DNA of 31,207 nt from a virus (Duplodnaviria; Caudoviricetes): IMG/VR virus record IMGVR_UViG_3300042480_000415, positions 1 through 31,207 of that record; one strand, given 5' to 3'. Under the pieces are notes generated by a model, which was not told where the DNA came from, did no database searches, and was given only the letters and a program-made list of their open reading frames with translations. Shown here piece after piece: positions 24,264-31,207 of the stretch; position 1 is the first letter of the stretch, and every line of letters begins with the position of its first letter. The translations under genes and the position numbers were made by a program.

Positions 24264-25870
24264 GCTGGCTGGTCCCACTGGTGGGACACGATGGTCGGGT
24301 ACTGCCCGGCCCGGTTGACGATCACGGCCGCGGGCCTGCGCAGGATCTGGTCGTCGTACTCCAGCCACTCGAGGGCTTCCTCGGTGTCGCTGGGCACGGC
24401 GTCGATCTTGGCGCGCATGGCCCACCAGGCCTCGGCCTTCTTGCGTGCGTAGCCGTCGTGGCTGAGGCACACCCACTCAGAGGCCACGCGCTGGAAGCCG
24501 TCGTAGTACTCCACGCGCAGGCTCTCGGTGCTGCCGGGCTTGTTGTGCAGGCGGTAGCGCACCTCGGTGACGGGCACCGTCTCCATCATGGTCTTGGCCT
24601 GGCTGCTGAGGATGGCCGCGCTCGAGGCCTGGTCGCCGTGCTTGATGCGCTCGGGCTCCGGGAACTTGAACCCGCAGTCGATGCACTCCGGCGCGGCCGC
24701 ATGGTTCTGGCTTCCGCACTCTGGGCACAGCTTGCTGGGCGCCTGGCCCTTGCCCTTGGTGCTGGGCATGCGGCCTTTGACCTCGTCGACCGGGCCCATC
24801 TCGATGGTGGTGTCAGTAAAATCTGCCCACAAGCAGTCCTCCTTGCCGGGCGCGATCCGCATGCCGCGGCCGGCGATCTGGACGTACAGCACCGGGCTCT
24901 TGGTGGCGCGCAGCAGGGCGATGAAGTCCACCTCGGGCACGTCGAAGCCGGTGGTCAGCACGGCCACGTTCACCAGGCAGCGGATCCTGCCCCCGCGGAA
25001 GGCCGCAATCAGGGCTGCACGCTCTTGTTTCTGGGTCTCTGAGCTCACCACAGCGGCCGCCACTCCGCGGCGCTGTAGCGCGTCCCTGACGTGCTCTGCG
25101 TGCTCGATCGTCACGGCGAACACCAGCCACCGCTTGCGGTCGCGGGCGAGCTCGACGATCTCCTTGCAGGTGGCCTCGACGAGGTCGGCCCTGTCGGTGA
25201 CCTTGGCCAGCTCGCTGATGACGTAGTCGTCGCCCGAGGTGCGCACGTCGCGTGCGTCCACCCTGGCCACGGTCGGAGCCGGCACCAGGGGCGACAGAAA
25301 CTTCAGCTCCAGCAGCTCCTTCATCGTCACGCGGGTGGCGATGTTGGTGAACAGCGCGTCGTCGCCTGCGGTCAGCCACACGCCGTTGCCGCGGAAGGGC
25401 GTGCCGGTCCAGCCGATCACGCGGGTGTGCGGGTTGTAGCGGGCCAGGTCGCTGATGAAGGAGCGCCACATGCCGGCCTCCTTCGGGTTGATCAGGTGGC
25501 ACTCGTCGGCCAGCACGATTTCGATGCGGCCGAGGCGGTGCGCCTGCTTGTAGATGCTGCCGATGGTGGCGTAGGTGAGCTGCCTGCCCATCTGCTTCTT
25601 GCCGATGGCCGCCGAGTACAGGCCCACGTCCGCGGTCGGCCAGATCTTGAGCAGCTTCTCGATGTTCTGCTCGAGTAATTCGCGTTGATGAACAAGAACA
25701 AGAATCCTTGTTCCCGGAAATTCTTTGTCGGCCTTGCGAGCAAGCTCTGCAATCATCAAGCTCTTGCCGGCACCGACGCACGCCTCGACGATGGGGTTGC
25801 CGCCCTCGTGCCGGCCGAACCAATCCCAAAGCTCGTCCAGTGCGCGGGCTTGGTAGTCGCGCAGCTTCAT
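24260..25870 (-). CDS. Superfamily 2 DExH helicase, RadD/YejH-like, with Zn finger
   Basis: LRDYQ, GAGKS, DECH, GWTGTP, VLTTGFD, YVQIAGRGMR, CPECG..CIDCG; start ATG 25870. Confidence 0.92.
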   Translation of the reverse strand: MKLRDYQARALDELWDWFGRHEGGNPIVEACVGAGKSLMIAELARKADKEFPGTRILVLVHQRELLEQNIEKLLKIWPTADVGLYSAAIGKKQMGRQLTYATIGSIYKQAHRLGRIEIVLADECHLINPKEAGMWRSFISDLARYNPHTRVIGWTGTPFRGNGVWLTAGDDALFTNIATRVTMKELLELKFLSPLVPAPTVARVDARDVRTSGDDYVISELAKVTDRADLVEATCKEIVELARDRKRWLVFAVTIEHAEHVRDALQRRGVAAAVVSSETQKQERAALIAAFRGGRIRCLVNVAVLTTGFDVPEVDFIALLRATKSPVLYVQIAGRGMRIAPGKEDCLWADFTDTTIEMGPVDEVKGRMPSTKGKGQAPSKLCPECGSQNHAAAPECIDCGFKFPEPERIKHGDQASSAAILSSQAKTMMETVPVTEVRYRLHNKPGSTESLRVEYYDGFQRVASEWVCLSHDGYARKKAEAWWAMRAKIDAVPSDTEEALEWLEYDDQILRRPAAVIVNRAGQYPTIVSHQWDQPA

Positions 25871-26133
25871 GCGGCCCCCGCCTTGACCAGGAACATCGGC
25901 GTGCGCGGCCCGACGTAGGCGCCTGCGGTGTTGAAGCTGAACCACTCCTCAGCCTCTTCGCGGTCCATGCCGCCCAGCATCAGGCTGCTGATCACCTCCT
26001 CTTGGTCGTACACCACGACAGGCTCCATGCCGCAGCGGTGCGCCACGCCGACGATGCAGCGATCAAAGGACTCTGGCGGATCTAGGAACAACAGTTCTTC
26101 GCCGTACTCTTCGGCCAGTGATTCCCGATTCAT
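25867..26133 (-). CDS. Conserved phage hypothetical protein
   Basis: FDRCIVGV...VVYD...EEAEEWFSFNTAGAYVGPRTP; ATGA overlaps. Confidence 0.8.
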   Translation of the reverse strand: MNRESLAEEYGEELLFLDPPESFDRCIVGVAHRCGMEPVVVYDQEEVISSLMLGGMDREEAEEWFSFNTAGAYVGPRTPMFLVKAGAA

Positions 26134-27185
26134 GCGACGACCCTCGCCGTGGTGATGCCGTGCGCTCGCAGCGCGGCCGTCATGGCCGCCGCATCGGCGA
26201 GCATCTCCTTCTGCTTGCAGGCCTTGATCTCCAGCGAGCTCAGCGCGCCGTCGCCCTGGCCGTTGGCGAACGTGCCGTGCTCGTGCTCGTACACGACATC
26301 ACCATTGACATAGTCTTTCTGCGTCGCGAAGCGCTCGAGCAGGATGGGGATGTAGCGGTGCGTGCTGCAACGGTGCGACTCGCGCTGGGCGATCAGGCCC
26401 ACCTCGCCGAACTCGCGGCAGTTCCACTTGCCGTCCTCGCCTTCGACCACGGGCGTGCTGTGCGCGCAGGTCCGGCAGTTGACGTCGGGTGCCTCCTCGC
26501 CGTGGCACAGGCTGTGGAAGTCGCACATCTTGCAGACGTACCAGCTCGGGTCGTTTGAGCACCGAAGCGGCGGTTCGGCCGCAGTGATCACGCGCTCGGC
26601 GCGGGCCATGATCTTGGCGAACTCGACCTCGTCGAAGTGGACCCATTCAGCGTAGAGCTCGCTGGTGTCCTTGTTCTCGGCGATGTACATGGCGCGGGCC
26701 ATGCCGGTCATGCCCATGTAGGTTTGCATCTGAGCCCAGTGCTGCGGCTTGGACTTCTGCACGCCATCCTTCAGGGCCGCAAACGACTTCGCGTTGTGCG
26801 TCTTGAACTCGACGACGGCCCAGGCCTTGGGCGCCTCGGGGAAGCCTCGTGCGGCGCCGTCCATGCTGCCTCCGAAGTGACCGCCGACAGCGGACACGCG
26901 CCACTGCTTACCGTCGGGCGCGGTCTCGTGGACCTCGACTCCGATGCGGCGCAGCTCGGCCACGATGCGGGGCTCGAAGTCCTGGCCCGCCTTGAACAGG
27001 CGCAGCATCCGGCCCGAATGCTTCTTCGATCCGGCCCAGCGGAAGGTCAGCCACAGGTAGCGCTCGCAGGCGTGGCCGATCAGGGATGCGCCCAGGTGCG
27101 GGCGGTGGCCGTCGCCTGCGTCGGACTCGTAGGCCCGGTAGATCGTCGCGACGGTCGTGTGTATGGGTTCGGGCACTGTGGCCAT
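26130..27185 (-). CDS. PD-(D/E)XK exonuclease (YqaJ/Cas4-like with Cys cluster)
   Basis: HLGASLIGHACER...GSMDG...VEFKT...QMQTYM...CKMCDFHSLC; AAGGAG RBS. Confidence 0.88.
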   Translation of the reverse strand: MATVPEPIHTTVATIYRAYESDAGDGHRPHLGASLIGHACERYLWLTFRWAGSKKHSGRMLRLFKAGQDFEPRIVAELRRIGVEVHETAPDGKQWRVSAVGGHFGGSMDGAARGFPEAPKAWAVVEFKTHNAKSFAALKDGVQKSKPQHWAQMQTYMGMTGMARAMYIAENKDTSELYAEWVHFDEVEFAKIMARAERVITAAEPPLRCSNDPSWYVCKMCDFHSLCHGEEAPDVNCRTCAHSTPVVEGEDGKWNCREFGEVGLIAQRESHRCSTHRYIPILLERFATQKDYVNGDVVYEHEHGTFANGQGDGALSSLEIKACKQKEMLADAAAMTAALRAHGITTARVVA

Positions 27186-27207
27186 GTGGGAACACTCCTT
27201 GTGTCGT

Positions 27208-27289
27208 TGCAGGGGTGAGGGGCCTGTTACTGGCGCGCGGGGCGGCCCTCCCCGGCCGGCCCCTCACCGCTGCAGGCCCTTGCGGGCCT
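27208..27289 (-). other. Structured intergenic element (GCAA-tetraloop hairpin plus 17-bp stem)
   Basis: Arms 27208-27224 / 27258-27274 pair at 16 of 17 positions; AGGCCC-GCAA-GGGCCT (minus strand) at 27274-27289. Confidence 0.6.
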
Positions 27290-27296
27290 ACACGGG

Positions 27297-27497
27297 TCAT
27301 GGCGTGGACGGGTTCTCGTCGGCGCCTGCCGTCTCGATCGCGACGCCGTCCTTCATGGCGGCCACCAGGGTCTTCTGGTTGGCCACCGAGACGGTGAAGT
27401 GCTTCTCTGCGACGTGTCGCAGGGCGCCGACCTTGGTGCCGGCCTCCACGAGGTGGAAGCCCTGCGGGCCCTCGACGGCGTAGATACGGGTGCTCAT
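27297..27497 (-). CDS. Small hypothetical protein
   Basis: AAGGAG RBS, ATGA overlap; MSTRIYAV...ALRHVA. Confidence 0.75.
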   Translation of the reverse strand: MSTRIYAVEGPQGFHLVEAGTKVGALRHVAEKHFTVSVANQKTLVAAMKDGVAIETAGADENPSTP

Positions 27498-27688
27498 TGC
27501 TGCGGTTCTCCTTCTTCAGCGGGTTGGGGTTGAGACTCCAGGGTTTGGAGCTGGTACTCGGCCTGGCCGCGGATCTCCGCGATCAGTCCAGCACTCTGGT
27601 CGTATGGCAGCTTGCCGAGGGCGGCGAGCACGAGCTCGACGCCGGCAGGCACCATCTTGATCGACAGGATGGGCGGGATCTTGCTCAT
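27494..27688 (-). CDS. Small hypothetical protein (LAALGKLPY...LIAEIRGQA)
   Basis: Start trimmed to ATG 27688, 2 nt after the upstream stop; fits operon packing. Confidence 0.7.
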   Translation of the reverse strand: MSKIPPILSIKMVPAGVELVLAALGKLPYDQSAGLIAEIRGQAEYQLQTLESQPQPAEEGEPQQ

Positions 27689-27690
27689 GA

Positions 27691-28200
27691 TCAGGCCGCC
27701 CGCTTCTGCCACGGGGGCACGGCTGCGCCAGCCGCGGGTGCGTTGGCTGCAGGCGCAGCGGGGCGGGACGGGGCGGCAGCAGCCATGGGCGCTGCACCAC
27801 CGGCCGCAGGCTTGAAGCCGCTGACCTCGTTCTGGTCCTCGTACTGGCCGGTCTCGTCCTTGCGGACCTTGACCTTGATCTGCATCGGCTTGTTGTGCAG
27901 CTCGACCGTGTCGTTGAAGCGGGCCAGGCCGATGGATTCGCAGAGCTCGCGCAGTTGCTGCTGAGCGATGCTCTCGGCCTGCTGGTTGGTGTGCCGCACG
28001 TTCAGGCGGGCCCACACCTTGCGGCCGCGGTAGCCGTCCTGCAGCACCTCGATGGTGAGCTTCAGGGCCTTGCCGTTGCCAGACTTCAGGGGCACGATCT
28101 CCGACTCGGTGACCTGTGCCGTGTACCAGCCTGCGGGCAGCAGCTCGTAGCTGTTCTCGCGCTTCTCAACGCTGTCGGTGTTGAACTCAAATTGCGCCAT
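27691..28200 (-). CDS. DUF669 single-stranded DNA-binding-like protein
   Basis: AAAGGA RBS; YELLPAGWYTAQV...YRGRKVWARLN...QNEVSGFK, A/P-rich tail ending PPWQKRAA; follows the Sak4-like gene. Confidence 0.82.
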   Translation of the reverse strand: MAQFEFNTDSVEKRENSYELLPAGWYTAQVTESEIVPLKSGNGKALKLTIEVLQDGYRGRKVWARLNVRHTNQQAESIAQQQLRELCESIGLARFNDTVELHNKPMQIKVKVRKDETGQYEDQNEVSGFKPAAGGAAPMAAAAPSRPAAPAANAPAAGAAVPPWQKRAA

Positions 28201-28220
28201 GATGGGTGTCCTTTCAGGAG

Positions 28221-28913
28221 TTACTTGGCGGTGGTGGAAATGACCTTGGCAGCGATTGCCGACAGGTCGGGGGACTCGAACATCTCGAGGCTGCCGGAGC
28301 GGTCCTTGGCCTCGTAGTTGTAGTCGCGGCTGGTCTGCAGCCAGCGGGTCGGGTTGCCGTCCGCATCCTTCTCGATGCGCATGGCGAACACGAAGTCGAA
28401 GAAGTACCCGACGCCCTGCTTGAGCATGTTGCCGGGCATGGCGGGGTAGTACAGCATCGCGCCCGACTGCTCGTCCTTGGCGCGCTCCTGCTTGCAGGAG
28501 AAGTACACGTTGCGGCCGGGCAGGTCGCGGAAGGCGCGGATCAGATCCGTCATCTTCTCGGCCAGCGCACCGTAGGCCTGGCGCGGATCCTTCGCGACCT
28601 TCTTCTCGTGGTTCAAGACCACCTCGGCGATCTCCGAGATGGAGTCCAGGCAGACCCACTTGAAGGCCTGGCCCTGCTCGGTGTTGGTCACGAAGTCGTA
28701 GGCCTCGTAGAGCTGGTCCAGGGTCTTGACCTCGATGACCGGGATGTCAACGCCACGCAGTGACAGCAGGCCAGATTCTGCGCTGATGATCACGGTGGGC
28801 TCGCCAGTGGTGGCGCAGAGCGAAGTCTTGCCGGCGCCCGCAGGGCCGTGGACCAGGAACTTCAGGCCGTTGAGCGCGGCGCTGTCTTTGGTGGAAGTGA
28901 GGGTGATTGCCAT
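28221..28913 (-). CDS. AAA_24 / Sak4-like ATPase (phage recombination protein)
   Basis: HGPAGAGKT Walker A, ISAESGLLS, VCLDSISE Walker B, AKDRSG. Confidence 0.88.
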   Translation of the reverse strand: MAITLTSTKDSAALNGLKFLVHGPAGAGKTSLCATTGEPTVIISAESGLLSLRGVDIPVIEVKTLDQLYEAYDFVTNTEQGQAFKWVCLDSISEIAEVVLNHEKKVAKDPRQAYGALAEKMTDLIRAFRDLPGRNVYFSCKQERAKDEQSGAMLYYPAMPGNMLKQGVGYFFDFVFAMRIEKDADGNPTRWLQTSRDYNYEAKDRSGSLEMFESPDLSAIAAKVISTTAK

Positions 28914-28931
28914 GTCGTCTCCAGGCAGTTG

Positions 28932-28956
28932 AAAAAATGGGCAGCTCGCGCTGCCC
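28932..28956 (-). terminator. Intrinsic terminator
   Basis: Minus strand GGGCAGC-GCGA-GCTGCCC-ATTTTTT. Confidence 0.75.
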
Positions 28957-28970
28957 GGGTGGAGCTGAAG

Positions 28971-29354
28971 TTAGACCGCTTCGATCGTGATCGAGGGGCT
29001 GGCTTCCTTGCTGGTGATGAACACGGCAGCAGCGGCGGCGTCGGCGGGCTCCAGCTTGCGCAACTCAGAGACGGAGACCTCGGGCTTCCACTTGAAGGCG
29101 GCCTGGGCGCCGCCGGACAGCTTGTCCCAGCCCTTGGTCAGGGCGGCGGCGTCGACCTTGCGGTCGATCTTGTAGGTGACCGTCACCTTGCAGCCTTCGG
29201 TGCGCTGGCTGATGGAGCCCTCGGGCTTGGCCGGGTCCTTCAGCATGTCGGCGATGGCCTTGTCGACGGCGCGGCGCTCGGCGATGGCCTCGTCTTCGAT
29301 CCGCTTGGCGGCGATGCGAGCTGCGATGAGCTCAGAGAGAGTGACTGCTTGCAT
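28971..29354 (-). CDS. Conserved phage hypothetical protein
   Basis: AAAGGA RBS; first gene after the promoter; FKWKPE...ITSKEASPSI. Confidence 0.8.
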   Translation of the reverse strand: MQAVTLSELIAARIAAKRIEDEAIAERRAVDKAIADMLKDPAKPEGSISQRTEGCKVTVTYKIDRKVDAAALTKGWDKLSGGAQAAFKWKPEVSVSELRKLEPADAAAAAVFITSKEASPSITIEAV

Positions 29355-29404
29355 GATGTCGTCCTTTCGGAGTGGTTGAAAAACGTGTCGTCTCTGACGT
29401 TGTC

Positions 29405-29432
29405 AGTATATCAGCATTGTGATGCTGGTCAA
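29405..29432 (-). promoter_or_regulatory. Sigma70-type promoter with palindromic operator-like spacer
   Basis: TTGACC-N16-TATACT with extended -10 TG; CAGCA-TCACAA-TGCTG inverted repeat between the hexamers. Confidence 0.75.
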
Positions 29433-29635
29433 GCGGTTTCGAACAGCTCGGGGAACTCGCTGCGCAGCATGTGCTCGACCTCCGAGAAACGCAGCGAACT
29501 GATCAGCTCGTGCAGAGCGTTTTTGATCTGGTCGTCGCTGAGGTGCAGCGTGACGTCGATGTAGCAGCCGCGGCGGTCCAGCGGGTGGCCGTGCATGACG
29601 GACATGCTGGTGGCCTTGATGTTGAGCTTGTTCAT
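29429..29635 (-). CDS. Hypothetical protein
   Basis: AAGGAGG RBS, ATG 29635 with ATGA overlap. Confidence 0.7.
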   Translation of the reverse strand: MNKLNIKATSMSVMHGHPLDRRGCYIDVTLHLSDDQIKNALHELISSLRFSEVEHMLRSEFPELFETA

Positions 29636-30063
29636 GCTGCCTCCTTCAGGTTGAAGTTGGGGCCGCCGATGCACCAAGCGCGGCTGTCTTCGTAGCCGGG
29701 CAGGGAGCGGATGGCGGACTGGGTGATGCCATCGATGATGGCGTGCGCTTCGGTCTGCTCCCAGTCGTCGGTCTCGCAGGCCTGGTAGCCGTAGCCGTGG
29801 CAGCCCTTGATCACGTCGATCGGGTTGAGCATGTTGGCCACCAGCTTGAACGCGAAGCCGTGCGCCGGGTCGTGCTCCTTGTAGCGGCTGTTGACGCTGC
29901 GCACGTTCTGCGCGTAGAGCACCGAGGCGATGCGCTTCTCGTCGCCACGCAGGTCGCGACGGCGGCCGCCCCAGTAGTAGCTGACGGCGTTGGAGCCGTG
30001 CTTGCCGGCGGCCCAGCTCACGAGGGCGTTGATGTGGTAGTCGGGAACGAGGTATGCGGACAT
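29632..30063 (-). CDS. Conserved phage hypothetical protein
   Basis: AAGGAG RBS; QNVRSVNSRY...YGYQACETDDW. Confidence 0.8.
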   Translation of the reverse strand: MSAYLVPDYHINALVSWAAGKHGSNAVSYYWGGRRRDLRGDEKRIASVLYAQNVRSVNSRYKEHDPAHGFAFKLVANMLNPIDVIKGCHGYGYQACETDDWEQTEAHAIIDGITQSAIRSLPGYEDSRAWCIGGPNFNLKEAA

Positions 30064-30073
30064 GGCGGTCTCC

Positions 30074-30202
30074 TTAGCGAGCGCGGTTGAGGTGGGCGAG
30101 GGCAGCGGCGCGGGACTCGAAGCGGCCGCCGATCGGGGTCTGGTGCGGGCCGCGGACGATGAGCCATCCGCCGAGGAGCTTGTTGAAAATCACGCGGGGC
30201 AT
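30074..30202 (-). CDS. Small hypothetical protein (42 aa)
   Basis: GAGGAG RBS before ATG 30202; MPRVIFNKLLGGWLIVRGPHQTPIGGRFES. Confidence 0.65.
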   Translation of the reverse strand: MPRVIFNKLLGGWLIVRGPHQTPIGGRFESRAAALAHLNRAR

Positions 30203-30213
30203 GTCGGGTCTCC

Positions 30214-30393
30214 TCAGTTGGCGGGGCTGCAGATGCCTTGTTCGATCAGGTGCTGGGCCGTGCGGCCGAAGAAGCCTTGCAGCCTCCAGCACAGGCCGGT
30301 GTCGATCAGTTGCTGCCAGGCTTCGATGTACTGCTCTTCGCTGTCGGCAGGCAGGGCGCCTTCGGCGATCATCACTACGTTTGCGAGGTTCAT
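30214..30393 (-). CDS. Small conserved phage protein (59 aa; absent from the ORF track)
   Basis: GGAG RBS; translated by hand: MNLANVVMIAEG...AWQQLIDTGLCWRLQGFFGRTAQHLIEQG; fills the gap between neighbours. Confidence 0.8.
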   Translation of the reverse strand: MNLANVVMIAEGALPADSEEQYIEAWQQLIDTGLCWRLQGFFGRTAQHLIEQGICSPAN

Positions 30394-30406
30394 GTTGGGT
30401 CTCCGG

Positions 30407-30613
30407 TCAGGCAGCGATCAGCAGCTCAGGCTTCAGGAAAGACGCGGCGTCGACGTAGTCGATCTCGAAATTAAGCTCGTTGTAGGCGATGCGCAAGTCA
30501 GCGGCAGAAAACGTCTTCTTGCCGGTCAGCTTCGCAAGCGCTTTGGCAGCGTCGTTGAGCGGGTAGTACAGCGTGTTGCCGTACACAGACTTGATTAGGA
30601 TCTCGAGCTTCAT
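30407..30613 (-). CDS. Small conserved phage protein
   Basis: AAGGA RBS; IKSVYGNTLYYP...AKLTGKKT. Confidence 0.78.
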   Translation of the reverse strand: MKLEILIKSVYGNTLYYPLNDAAKALAKLTGKKTFSAADLRIAYNELNFEIDYVDAASFLKPELLIAA

Positions 30614-30678
30614 GTTGCGTCCTTCTGGAGCGCCCGGTGCCGCCGGGTCGGTGTCGACTGCTCCGTCGACAAGAGAGA

Positions 30679-30708
30679 TTTCATCACAGTTGTGAAGTGT
30701 CTGTCAAT
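30679..30708 (-). promoter_or_regulatory. Putative early promoter with TCACA-N2-TGTGA palindrome
   Basis: Perfect TTGACA (30703-30708), weak -10 (TGAAAT, 18-bp spacer), palindrome in the spacer; AT-rich intergenic. Confidence 0.55.
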
Positions 30709-30716
30709 AACCATTG

Positions 30717-31172
30717 TTATTGCTCGGGTATTCCAGAGAGCCGCCGGATCGCCCGCTGATACCTGGGTTCCAGAACCTGGCGCCGCTCTTCTCTGAGCTG
30801 CGACAGGCGATCGGGATGCAGGTTGTGCAGCACGTCCGCGAGCTTGATGATCTTCGCCTCGACACCCGCGGCAATGACCCGGTCCAGGTAGGCGCCGTAG
30901 TCTTCGCCCTCGCGCTTGGTGAGCGCTTCCACGAGCTGCAGTGAGCGCTCCGACACGCCGGCCGCGCGTAGCGTGTTGAGGCTGTGGAAGGTGTCCTCCA
31001 CGACGTCGTGCAGCACCGCTGCGCACTGCGCGTCGATGTCGTTTGGTAGCTGCTTGGCCACCGTGTGCATCACGGTCAGGGGGTGCAGGATGTAGGCCAT
31101 GCCGGCCTTGTCCTTCTGTCCGTTGTGCGCGTCGGCGGCGATGCCGATCGCGTAGAAAAGGTTGTCGTGCAT
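30717..31172 (-). CDS. HD-domain small alarmone hydrolase-like protein (SpoT/Mesh1-type HD domain)
   Basis: AHNGQKDKAGMAYILHP, AVLHDVVEDT, IKLADVLHNL; ATG 31172 preferred over GTG 31181 by RBS spacing. Confidence 0.85.
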   Translation of the reverse strand: MHDNLFYAIGIAADAHNGQKDKAGMAYILHPLTVMHTVAKQLPNDIDAQCAAVLHDVVEDTFHSLNTLRAAGVSERSLQLVEALTKREGEDYGAYLDRVIAAGVEAKIIKLADVLHNLHPDRLSQLREERRQVLEPRYQRAIRRLSGIPEQ

Positions 31173-31207
31173 GGTACTCACCCCTCGTACACGGCCAGGC
31201 GGCCGGG

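Noticed and set aside
26130-27185. Cas4-like nuclease as part of a CRISPR-Cas system
   Set aside because: No cas1/cas2 or array; it sits in a Sak4-SSB-nuclease-helicase recombination operon.
22301-28659. Extended N-termini given in the ORF track (e.g. 23071, 23484, 24476, 25945, 28015, 28659)
   Set aside because: Extensions run through real neighbouring genes; internal ATGs with RBS or ATGA coupling fit better.
1-31207. tRNA/rRNA genes, integrase, transposase, reverse transcriptase/DGR
   Set aside because: No such motifs or template/variable repeat pairs seen by eye; intergenic space is minimal.
31178-31207. 3' end of an upstream minus-strand CDS (…PGRLAVYEG*)
   Set aside because: Only ten codons are in the window; too little to call.

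Overview
GC-rich fragment of a tailed dsDNA phage, probably podovirus-like because it carries an ejection-protein cluster; the host cannot be read from the sequence. It has two convergent arms. The + arm (1-22299) holds the end of a mosaic tail fibre, a lysis cassette (holin-like genes, GH24 lysozyme) and an internal virion/ejection module. That module comprises a 961-aa protein with ~54 uninterrupted 11-residue repeats, a GNAT-like protein, three smaller proteins, a 3039-aa polyvalent protein, a ferritin-like gene and a 1106-aa protein. The 3039-aa protein contains zincin, RelA/SpoT-like, HhH-glycosylase-like, two ADP-ribosyltransferase-like and MuF-C-like domains; the 1106-aa protein carries a third ART-like domain. 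The - arm (22301-31207) holds early/replication genes: HD alarmone-hydrolase-like protein, Sak4-like ATPase, DUF669 SSB-like protein, PD-(D/E)XK nuclease, RadD-like helicase, DUF3310, MazG-like protein and small hypotheticals. The most notable observations are these. (1) Small genes with their own RBS are nested in the polyvalent ORF's linkers, including an antisense gene with its own extended -10 promoter right behind the RelA/SpoT-like domain (candidate immunity gene). (2) A recurring F/Y-S-x-R motif punctuates domain boundaries. (3) A ferritin cassette flanked by a 14-bp direct repeat appears to split one ancestral ~4000-aa ORF. (4) A RelA/SpoT-like synthetase domain co-occurs with an HD hydrolase and MazG. 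All family assignments come from motif recognition by eye; no searches were run.
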